Positions 1 to 7,602 of a stretch of 27,733 nucleotides of DNA are shown here, in pieces. A program made the position numbers and the translations under genes. The stretch is from Candidatus Caldarchaeum sp. (GTDB lineage Archaea > Thermoproteota > Nitrososphaeria_A > Caldarchaeales > Caldarchaeaceae): NCBI GenBank assembly GCA_025054795.1, contig JANWZU010000162.1, positions 1-27,733 of the forward strand, read 5' to 3'. Position 1 is the stretch's first letter; each line of letters opens with the position of its first letter. The notes below the pieces were generated by a model. It was not told the DNA's origin, made no database searches, and saw only the letters and a program-made list of their open reading frames with translations.

Positions 1-5
1 AGCTT

Positions 6-1031
6 GTGATGTTTACAGCTTTGAGGATAGCTGTGGTGGGTCTCGGAGTAGCTGGCTCATACCTACTAAGAAGGCTATCAGACCTTGGCCATGAGGTTAG
101 GGGATTCGAGAGACAGCCTCTTGAAAAATTCAAAGCTATATGTGCATGGGGCACCAGCAGAAACGAGATTAAAAAAATTCTGCAAAAGGTTGACTTCGAC
201 TTCGACGACTACCTCCTCCACCTCGGCGGCAGCTTGACCCTAGACAACGGCTTCAGGTCATCTAGGATTCCACTCAAAGGTCTGTGCACATACGACAAGG
301 CTAGGCTCCAGCTTGAGCTGGTTAAAGGCTTGGACACAGCCTACGGCAACCCTCCAGACCTCGACTATCTGGTGAGTAAGTTCGACCTTGTGGTTGATGC
401 CACGGGAGTCACCAGAGCTCTTCTCCCAAGGCCCTACAAAGACGAGGTTGTCCCGTGCTTCGAATATAAGGTCAAGTATGTCAACGGCAGGCCTTACGAC
501 GATTTCTATGTCAAGATTTTCAAGAGCTGGACGGGCTATCTCTGGTATTTTCCTCTCGAGGGAGACACGGCCTACGTTGGAGCAGGCGACATGCTGAGCA
601 ACCAGGTCAGAGAAGTCAACCAATTCAACTCAATACACGGCGGCGAGATAGTCGTCAAGCAGGGAAAGGCCGTCCGGATAACTCCTCCAGAGCTCAGCCA
701 GCCGATTGTTGCTGGAAAAGTCGTCGGCGTCGGGGAATCTGTCGGCACGGTTTTCCCGATGCTTGGCGAAGGCATCGTCCCAAGCCTAGAATGCGCTGAG
801 CTGTTCGTGCAGAACATCGAAGACCTAGACTCGTATGTGAACCAAGTTCTCGAAGTCTACAAGCCCTTCGCAGACGTCTACAGAATGGTCAAGCTGAGGC
901 AGGCCGGTGAGCTCAGCCTCGTCAAGCACATGCCTTTAGTCGTGCGGTGCTACAGGTTCATGAAGGAGAGGGAGGAGAGGTTCGGAATGACGATAAGGTA
1001 CAGCGACCTTCAGCTGATACTTCAAGCCTGA
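6..1031 (+). CDS. Geranylgeranyl reductase-family FAD-dependent oxidoreductase
   Basis: N-terminal Rossmann motif VVGLGVAG; YLWYFP-x8-GAG matches the archaeal GGR YxWxFP-x7/8-GxG motif; C-terminal GESVG..VFPMLGEGI FAD motif. Start is GTG 6 or ATG 9. Confidence 0.8.
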   Translation: MMFTALRIAVVGLGVAGSYLLRRLSDLGHEVRGFERQPLEKFKAICAWGTSRNEIKKILQKVDFDFDDYLLHLGGSLTLDNGFRSSRIPLKGLCTYDKARLQLELVKGLDTAYGNPPDLDYLVSKFDLVVDATGVTRALLPRPYKDEVVPCFEYKVKYVNGRPYDDFYVKIFKSWTGYLWYFPLEGDTAYVGAGDMLSNQVREVNQFNSIHGGEIVVKQGKAVRITPPELSQPIVAGKVVGVGESVGTVFPMLGEGIVPSLECAELFVQNIEDLDSYVNQVLEVYKPFADVYRMVKLRQAGELSLVKHMPLVVRCYRFMKEREERFGMTIRYSDLQLILQA

Positions 1032-1039
1032 CGAATATG

Positions 1040-1047
1040 TTTATAAA
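1040..1047 (+). promoter_or_regulatory. TATA box for thrC
   Basis: TTTATAAA about 25 nt upstream of GTG 1072. Confidence 0.6.
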
Positions 1048-1087
1048 CAGCGGTTAACGCTGAAAAACAAGGTGGTCGGAGCTAAAA

Positions 1088-2308
1088 CTGGTTTGCCGGA
1101 ACTGTAAAGCCGAGTTTCCACCCGAGCTCAGGAATGTATGCGACAGATGTCTCGGCGCTCTTGACGTCGTCTACGACGGCTTGCATGATGGATGGAGAGA
1201 TAGGGTTTCGTCAAGCGGGGTCAGAGGAGTTTGGCGGTACGCAGAGCTTCTACCTGTCCAGAAACAGCACAGGGTTGACATCGGAGCGGGAGGGACGCCT
1301 CTAGTCAGGTCGACAGAGCTGGGCAAAGCCGTTGGGATAAGAAACCTCTACGTTAAAAACGACACCGTAAACCCAACCTACTCCTTCAAAGACAGGCCGT
1401 CCTCTGTAGCTGTGTCGAAGGCTAGGGAATTCGGAATAAACATAGTTGGATGCGCCTCGACGGGAAACCTCGCTTCAGCCACTCTAGCCCACGCAGCTGC
1501 AGCAGGCTTGGTTGGCTTCGTGCTAATGCCCGACACAGTCGAGCTTCCCAAAGTGAAACAGGCCTCTATCTACGGAGGCAACGTAATACTGGTCGACGGA
1601 ACATACGACGACGTAAACCGCCTCGCATACCTCTTGGTCGACAGAAGCGACGTAGGAATAGTGAACGTTAACTTGAGGCCTTACTATGTGGAAGGCTCCA
1701 AGACCATGATGTACGAAGTTGTCGAGCATCTGGGCTGGCGTGCTCCTCAGCACATCGTCGTACCCATGGCGAGCGGAGCCTTGTTCGGAGCTCTGCACAA
1801 GGGCTTGAGGGAGTTGGAGCAGTTCGGTGTTCTGGAATCCGCTGAAACAGTTTTCCACGGCGTTCAACCTGAAGGATGCTCACCCATATCAACAGCCTAC
1901 GCAGCCGGAACCGATGAAATCAGGCCCGTCAAAAAACCAGAGACGCTGGTGAAAAGCCTAGCCATAGGAACACCCGGAGACGGAGCCTATGCGTTGACGG
2001 TGGCAAGAACAACAGGCGGAACATGCCAAGCTGTTTCAGACGAGGAGACGGTCGAAGCCATCAAGCTGCTGAGCAAACACGCCGGAATATTCGCAGAACC
2101 CGGAGGAGCTGTGACCGTGGCAGCTGTCAAGAAGATGCGGGACGAGGGAGTTCTTGACACAGGCGACGAGGTTGTCTGCTGCGTCACGGGAGCGGGGTTC
2201 AAGGTTGACGAAGTCGTTGACAGGATAGTTGGGCCTACTCACGTTGTGCCGGCGAAGCTTCAAAGCATCCTCGACGTTCTGAAGGACAGGCCGGTCATAA
2301 CAGAGTAG
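1088..2308 (+). CDS. thrC: Threonine synthase (PLP fold II) with N-terminal Zn ribbon; start codon anomalous
   Basis: PLP lysine motif NPTYSFKDR, ASTGN, PMASG, IFAEPGGA, TGAGFK. The frame is open upstream of TTG 1181 and encodes CRNC-x11-CDRC. Start placed provisionally at CTG 1088. Confidence 0.85.
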   Translation: MVCRNCKAEFPPELRNVCDRCLGALDVVYDGLHDGWRDRVSSSGVRGVWRYAELLPVQKQHRVDIGAGGTPLVRSTELGKAVGIRNLYVKNDTVNPTYSFKDRPSSVAVSKAREFGINIVGCASTGNLASATLAHAAAAGLVGFVLMPDTVELPKVKQASIYGGNVILVDGTYDDVNRLAYLLVDRSDVGIVNVNLRPYYVEGSKTMMYEVVEHLGWRAPQHIVVPMASGALFGALHKGLRELEQFGVLESAETVFHGVQPEGCSPISTAYAAGTDEIRPVKKPETLVKSLAIGTPGDGAYALTVARTTGGTCQAVSDEETVEAIKLLSKHAGIFAEPGGAVTVAAVKKMRDEGVLDTGDEVVCCVTGAGFKVDEVVDRIVGPTHVVPAKLQSILDVLKDRPVITE

Positions 2309-2788
2309 CTAGGATTTGAAATACCTCTCCATGGGCTTCGTCGAGTAGACGATAACAACGCTGTCTCGGAACTTTCTGTTGGGAACCAGTATGAGGCATT
2401 CGTCTCCCGAAACAATCGTCCTAGTGAGAGTGATGTCGACTATCTTACCCCTCTTACCGTCAACTTCTACTTCGCTGCCGATGTTCACTCTAGGGTCCAA
2501 GACTATCGAAATGCCTGAGAAAAGATCGGTAAGCCATGGCACGAGAGAAAGTGCTATGAGTAGGCCGAGGGCCCCGGCTGTGGCTAGGAAGCCTACGACG
2601 AACTCGAAAAACCTCCACACGTAGGCGACGTATCCTACGTAAACCGCTAACAGAAGAAGCAGAGCTAAGTACAGAACCTTGCCGTGCTCCTCTCGAAAGC
2701 TACGTTTGAGGAAAAACCTCAAAACAAAAGCAACGGCGAGAAAGAAGGCGGAAGCGACAGCCGTAGCCAACAACTGCTCAACAATCAT
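2309..2788 (-). CDS. mscS: Small-conductance mechanosensitive channel (MscS family), short form
   Basis: Three hydrophobic segments, then DLFSGISIVLD..IGSEVEVDGKRGKIVDITLTRT..ILVPN, typical of the MscS TM3 and beta domain. Confidence 0.8.
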   Translation of the reverse strand: MIVEQLLATAVASAFFLAVAFVLRFFLKRSFREEHGKVLYLALLLLLAVYVGYVAYVWRFFEFVVGFLATAGALGLLIALSLVPWLTDLFSGISIVLDPRVNIGSEVEVDGKRGKIVDITLTRTIVSGDECLILVPNRKFRDSVVIVYSTKPMERYFKS

Positions 2789-2823
2789 GAACTAAGCAAG
2801 CATGCTCCGCTCTATTACCTTTA

Positions 2824-2880
2824 TGCTCAGAGCTCAAGATCTCAGTCACCCGGTCAGACTGGTCAGACTCATCATCGCAA
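2824..2880 (-). ncRNA. Box C/D methylation-guide sRNA
   Basis: Minus strand reads TGC-G-ATGATGA (box C, 2875-2869), 11-nt guide GTCTGACCAGT, CTGA (D', 2857-2854), GGTGACTGA (C'-like), 11-nt guide GATCTTGAGCT, CTGA (D, 2830-2827), GCA. The TGC/GCA stem gives kink-turn geometry. Confidence 0.8.
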
Positions 2881-2901
2881 GTCATTTAGCTTGATACGAT
2901 T

Positions 2902-2909
2902 TTTTATAG
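2902..2909 (-). promoter_or_regulatory. TATA box for the C/D sRNA
   Basis: CTATAAAA on the minus strand about 22-29 nt upstream of the predicted sRNA 5' end (about 2880). Confidence 0.55.
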
Positions 2910-3153
2910 TTTGATGGGTGGTTTATTGCTTTGTCTTTATCGGACGTTTTCTATAAGTTTCTGCTCATCGTGCTTTAGGTTTCTTGCTCGGCTGATTCTC
3001 ATCGACAGACGCTTTCAAAAAAGCAATTCCCAACAACCGCTAGTGTTTAGACAAAGCATATGGATACGCCGCATGACGTCGGACTGTTTTAGTTGTGTGG
3101 TTATTGCCTTGATGCAGCCGTATAGTCGCCGTGAACAACGTGTTTTTGATAAG

Positions 3154-3161
3154 TTTTTATT
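3154..3161 (+). promoter_or_regulatory. TATA box for metalloprotease A (probably leaderless)
   Basis: TTTTTATT 23-30 nt upstream of ATG 3184. Confidence 0.5.
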
Positions 3162-3183
3162 TTGGGGGCGTCAACACGGGCTA

Positions 3184-5322
3184 ATGAGAAGTCTAGTCTG
3201 CTTAATGGTTGTGTTTTTCCTCGCATCCACGATTCCTCAGTCCGCCGTGGGTCAGGAAGATTACAGAGTATTACCCATCAAGTCGCAGCTGGATGTTTCG
3301 CTGGTGTTCATCGACGTGGACCCGACGTTGTTCGGGGCGAGGACCGTGGACGAGATACTAAGGCTGGTTTCGAACAACGTTAGGAAAACAGCCAAGGCTG
3401 TGCTTCACAGGAGTGAGCCTTACGAGTATGCGCCTTTTGAGTTTGAGGTGCGGTTGTCGGGGAGGGAGTTTAGGCTAGTTCCGTTAGAGGAGTTTAGGCT
3501 TTTGCTGAGAAGCCTCAACAATCCTACACCCAGAGAATTACTGGAGAAAGAAGGGGTGAGCGGAAGCTTATCTTCCATACACGCGCCCTCAGCTTTAAAG
3601 ATGCTTGTTGACCTAACCCGAAAACACGCCCCAGATATACTCAAAAACCATGTGATATTCTTCATCTGCGGCGCTAGGGCTCTAGGCTCGACACCCATAT
3701 ACCACACGTTCGGACAAATACCTGAGACACGCAAATACGGCGGCGAACTTCTGATAAACATGTACGGAGGACCTTGGTGGGGAAGGTACGTTTTCGTAGA
3801 CCTCTGCGCCCCAACAGGCTACCGAGAATACAGGCCCATACAAAACCTTAACACAGCGAGCGAGCGGTTGGCTATGCTCGTAAACTATGTCGACGAATTA
3901 ATAGACCTGCAGTTCGTCAAATCAACCCTCTACTATCCAAGGTACAGGCTTCAGCTCTTCGTGGACATAGTCGTCGTCGACGCAACCAAGTTGGGGCTGA
4001 ACTTCAACCAGCTCGTCCAGAGCTTCGACATCGAAACTGTAGAGCAAGCTCTCATAACTCTAACGCCCTACAACCTCTACACATTCAAGGTAAGGCTTTT
4101 CAAAGCGAACGAAATCCCCGGCTTCACAGGAATAATAAGAATAGACCAGGGAAAGAACTTGGCCCTCTTTGAAGCCTACAAGGCCTACGACCTGTTGAAG
4201 AGGTCTGGGAAACTGTTCGAGGAAAGCGCAGACTATGTCTATGTGCCGGCCATAGTGGTAGTCACTGATTATAACACAAGGGTTTATCTTGAAAGCGACC
4301 CTGACGGTGATGGATTCCTGGGAATCGCTCTGCCTAATCCCGAGAACCCTAGGTTGGGGGAGGTAGCCGTTGCAGGAGCTTCATACTACTCTCTGTTTTA
4401 TGAGGGGTTGGCTGCGACGGTAGTGCATGAAATCGCCCATGTTCTAGGCTTGTCTCACCCCCACGACGACTTTGACGAAGAAGCTGGGGACGAAGTATAC
4501 GGGCGTATGATTTACACAGACGGTATCGAAACTTTCATGAGTTATTCAACAACCTGGGTTGAAGCGATTAAACGCAGAACGATCCGGGAGAACTTCTACC
4601 CCATGAAGACATACTGGAGCGTCTTCGACTTGGACGCCATAGACCGGGCAGTCATCTCATTACTGTTATCCGCCTACGAGGAAAACTACCAACAAATAAT
4701 AAATAGGCTCGGTCAAGTGGGGCTGAGGCTGGCTGATTTACAAAACTTGAACAACGCCCTTACCCTCGCAAAACAATACGCAAAGACCTCTGTCCAACTC
4801 TTCAAAAACCATACCTACCTCAACCGGCTTGACTATAAGGGCCTAGGTGCTCAGCTGGAATCCTCCTTTGATTACGCTTTCATGGCTATGGCTTTGACAG
4901 AGCTGGCGAAAACCTATGTCGAGGGGTTGATTGCGCAGAACGAGAGGCTTCGTCCACAGCTAGAAGCCCTACGCATAGACATAGAGCGTTTGACGCAAAC
5001 TCTGAACAGCATTAGGCAGGAAACTGAGAGAACAGCCGCTGACCTCAGAAACGTTGAGGAGGCAGTCAAGAGGGCGTCTGACACTAACGAAGCTTTGAAG
5101 AAGAGGCTGAGGGAGCTGTCTGAGGATGCGGCCCAGCTTGAGCAGCTTCAGTCGAAGAAAGAGGAGCTTGAAAGGAGACTGTCTGAGGGTAGAAGAAGCC
5201 TTGATGCCCTGGAGGGAGAGGCCGGTGTGCTGAGGAATGCGGGAACGTTGCTTATGGTTGTGATTTTTGCAATAGCAGCTGTGGCCGCTGTTATCGTGAA
5301 CCGCTTTAGGAGAGGTATGTAG
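3184..5322 (+). CDS. Secreted, membrane-anchored metzincin-type zinc metalloprotease with coiled-coil stalk (paralog A)
   Basis: Signal peptide MRSLVCLMVVFFLAS; HEIAHVLGLSH (HExxHxxGxxH, 4426-4458); Met-turn TFMSY; about 100-aa heptad-rich region; C-terminal TM followed by RFRR. Start moved from 2911 to ATG 3184 on signal peptide and TATA evidence. Confidence 0.8.
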   Translation: MRSLVCLMVVFFLASTIPQSAVGQEDYRVLPIKSQLDVSLVFIDVDPTLFGARTVDEILRLVSNNVRKTAKAVLHRSEPYEYAPFEFEVRLSGREFRLVPLEEFRLLLRSLNNPTPRELLEKEGVSGSLSSIHAPSALKMLVDLTRKHAPDILKNHVIFFICGARALGSTPIYHTFGQIPETRKYGGELLINMYGGPWWGRYVFVDLCAPTGYREYRPIQNLNTASERLAMLVNYVDELIDLQFVKSTLYYPRYRLQLFVDIVVVDATKLGLNFNQLVQSFDIETVEQALITLTPYNLYTFKVRLFKANEIPGFTGIIRIDQGKNLALFEAYKAYDLLKRSGKLFEESADYVYVPAIVVVTDYNTRVYLESDPDGDGFLGIALPNPENPRLGEVAVAGASYYSLFYEGLAATVVHEIAHVLGLSHPHDDFDEEAGDEVYGRMIYTDGIETFMSYSTTWVEAIKRRTIRENFYPMKTYWSVFDLDAIDRAVISLLLSAYEENYQQIINRLGQVGLRLADLQNLNNALTLAKQYAKTSVQLFKNHTYLNRLDYKGLGAQLESSFDYAFMAMALTELAKTYVEGLIAQNERLRPQLEALRIDIERLTQTLNSIRQETERTAADLRNVEEAVKRASDTNEALKKRLRELSEDAAQLEQLQSKKEELERRLSEGRRSLDALEGEAGVLRNAGTLLMVVIFAIAAVAAVIVNRFRRGM

Positions 5323-7564
5323 ATGGTGGGGGCGGGGGCGGTGGAGGCGGTGGTGGAAGCCTCCTCTTTGACATCCTCCTCAGCCACATAACTGCCGCAG
5401 CTACTGCTACGGCTTCAACAGCCAGCACACCTGACAGCAACGTTGTCTGCCCCCTCAAGGACGATAGCTCACTTTCAGAGCGTTGAATAGAGTCGCCCAG
5501 CTGCTTCAACTCAGACTCCCTTCGTGAAATATCCTCCCTTATTCTCCTAACTTCGGCAACTCTCTGCTCAGCTCTCCGAACATCTGCACTAAGCGAGTCG
5601 CCCTCCCTCTCCAGCGCATCACGCTCAGCCCTTTTCTGCTGAAGAGTTCGCTGAGAGTCTTCCAAAGCTCTTCTAGACCTCTCGACCTCCTCTTGAAGAG
5701 AAGAGAGGCTCTGCCTCAGGTTGGCGGCTTGAGCGCCTAGGCGGTTTGACTCGTAGATTACAGCCGGCAGGTAGTAGTTTTTGATGTTGCCCGTCAAAAG
5801 AGACGCTGCAAACGCATAGTCTAGGGCTGAGACAAGCTGAGCACCTAACCCCTTGAACTCGACTCTGTCGAAGTAGTTGTGGTCTCTAAACTCTTCGACG
5901 GCCTTCCATGCGAACTGTCTGGCCAGATCCAAGAGCTGCATAATTTCGGGAACATCGTCGGACTTTAAGCCGTTGCTGCTTAACTGAGAAAGAATTTCTT
6001 CATAGTTCGCTTCATACTCTTGAAGCATAATCGCAACAACAGCCCTGTCGAGAGCGTCTAGGTCGAATATACTCCAGAAGGTTCTAAGAGGGTACAGGTC
6101 GTCGAAGATCTGTTCGCGTTGAAGCGCTCCGACCCAAGACTTGCTGTAGCTCATTATCGTTTCCGTGAAGTAGGTCATGGCCATAGAGCTTACACTTCTA
6201 CCTTGCCGCTCATCGAAGTCGTCGTGCGGGTGTCTAAGCCCTAAAGTGTGCCCCACTTCATGGATCACAGTAGGTGTAAGGCCTTCGGTGATTACTACTT
6301 CGTGGTATGTTGCTCCTGTTGCAACCAAGGGAAGAGCTGGGTTGTCGCTCCTAGGTATGGCTATTCCGAGGGTTCCGGGACTCGCCACCCACGAGGTTGT
6401 GGTTGTGTACAGTATGATGGCTGGAATGTAGTCAAGAGATTGCCGAATAGATTCGTCGATGAATCCTCGTTTCTTCAGAATATCGTAAGCTTTGTCCGGC
6501 ATAAGCAGAATTCCACCTGGATCATACACGATTGCCTGACTGAGCTCAGGCACTGTTCTAAAGTCTACTTCACGAAGCCGGACCGAGAAGAAGTTGTAGG
6601 GCATCAGGGTTCTCATGGCTTTAGCAAGCATTTCAGGGTCAAAATACCTCACCATCATGTCGTACCCGACGCCAGCAACCGTTGCGTCGATGACTATTAC
6701 GTCGAGGAATGTTTGGATGTTGTACCTCGGTTTGTAGACGAGCGATTTGACAAACTCCATGTCGATTATCAAGTCTATTACACTGGCGATGTGGTATATC
6801 CTCTCCGTTGCCGTGCCAAATTCGAAAATCGGTTTGAACTCCCTGTAGAACCTTGGAGGCGGGTAAGAGCAAAGGTCGACGTAGTAGTACCTACCCCACC
6901 ACGGTCCTCCGAAGATTTTTATCCCAAAATCCGTTAAATATCTCCCTGAGTCAGACGACTGTCCGAAAGTGTAGTACACGGCCGGCCTGTTTCCCCCCAT
7001 CGCCGGTATTCCGCAAAAGATGAATATAGCGTGCTTTCCCGCCACCTCCGGATAATATTTGTCGGTGAGCAGCGAGAAGACAGCTAAAGCGTCCCGGGCC
7101 CTGATTGTCTGGTCAACCCATGCAAGAGGCATGTTGTAGGCGGTTGCATGTTCGATAGCCTGCTGAGCTATTTGGAAAGGCGTGCGGGACTGGGCTGACC
7201 TAAGCAGCTCACGGAACTCCTGCTGCACCCTAGTCGAAGGTATGATGAGCCTAAGCTTGACTTCGAACTCAAACGGCACAAACTCTTGCTCCCGTCCTAT
7301 AGAGTACAGCTGAGACTTCGCAACAGGCCTGATCAAATTAGTCTCTACTAAGAGGTCTAGCAGGTGTCTGAGGTCTCTTGCTTCGAACCATCTGAGGTCA
7401 ACGTCGTAAAAGAAAACGTTTACGAAGAGTTCTCCGTCAATGGGTAGAACTCTGTAATCCTCCGACTGCTGGAGTTGATTAAGAGAGCTGACTGGTTGTG
7501 GGGTCAGACAGCAGGCTATCAGTAATGTTACGGTTAGAGATAGGGTTTCGGCGTGCTTAGGCAT
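5306..7564 (-). CDS. Secreted, membrane-anchored metzincin-type zinc metalloprotease with coiled-coil stalk and poly-Pro tail (paralog B)
   Basis: Signal peptide; HEVGHTLGLRH (6262-6230); Met-turn TIMSY; coiled coil; C-terminal TM, then RRMSKRRL-P11-STYLS. Colinear similarity to 3184-5322. Confidence 0.82.
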   Translation of the reverse strand: MPKHAETLSLTVTLLIACCLTPQPVSSLNQLQQSEDYRVLPIDGELFVNVFFYDVDLRWFEARDLRHLLDLLVETNLIRPVAKSQLYSIGREQEFVPFEFEVKLRLIIPSTRVQQEFRELLRSAQSRTPFQIAQQAIEHATAYNMPLAWVDQTIRARDALAVFSLLTDKYYPEVAGKHAIFIFCGIPAMGGNRPAVYYTFGQSSDSGRYLTDFGIKIFGGPWWGRYYYVDLCSYPPPRFYREFKPIFEFGTATERIYHIASVIDLIIDMEFVKSLVYKPRYNIQTFLDVIVIDATVAGVGYDMMVRYFDPEMLAKAMRTLMPYNFFSVRLREVDFRTVPELSQAIVYDPGGILLMPDKAYDILKKRGFIDESIRQSLDYIPAIILYTTTTSWVASPGTLGIAIPRSDNPALPLVATGATYHEVVITEGLTPTVIHEVGHTLGLRHPHDDFDERQGRSVSSMAMTYFTETIMSYSKSWVGALQREQIFDDLYPLRTFWSIFDLDALDRAVVAIMLQEYEANYEEILSQLSSNGLKSDDVPEIMQLLDLARQFAWKAVEEFRDHNYFDRVEFKGLGAQLVSALDYAFAASLLTGNIKNYYLPAVIYESNRLGAQAANLRQSLSSLQEEVERSRRALEDSQRTLQQKRAERDALEREGDSLSADVRRAEQRVAEVRRIREDISRRESELKQLGDSIQRSESELSSLRGQTTLLSGVLAVEAVAVAAAVMWLRRMSKRRLPPPPPPPPPPPSTYLS
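5324..5356 (-). repeat. Eleven CCN codons encoding poly-proline (G-rich tract on the + strand)
   Basis: CCA CCA CCG CCT CCA CCG CCC CCG CCC CCA CCA on the minus strand. Confidence 0.95.
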
Positions 7565-7586
7565 GAATTTTTCCCCCTACCAGCGT

Positions 7587-7594
7587 CTATAAAA
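7587..7594 (-). promoter_or_regulatory. TATA box for metalloprotease B (probably leaderless)
   Basis: TTTTATAG 23-30 nt upstream of ATG 7564. Confidence 0.55.
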
Positions 7595-7602
7595 CGTTGC
7601 GT

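Noticed and set aside
2852-2869. Tandem repeat GGTCAGACT x2 as an operator or mini-CRISPR
   Set aside because: Explained by the guide and D' box of the minus-strand C/D sRNA; no spacers.
2930-3010. Second C/D sRNA on the minus strand (CGATGA and CCGA boxes)
   Set aside because: All boxes degenerate, guide lengths irregular, no terminal stem.
2911-3183. 91-codon N-terminal extension of protease A in the ORF track
   Set aside because: Not protein-like; the signal peptide, TATA spacing and alignment with paralog B all point to ATG 3184.
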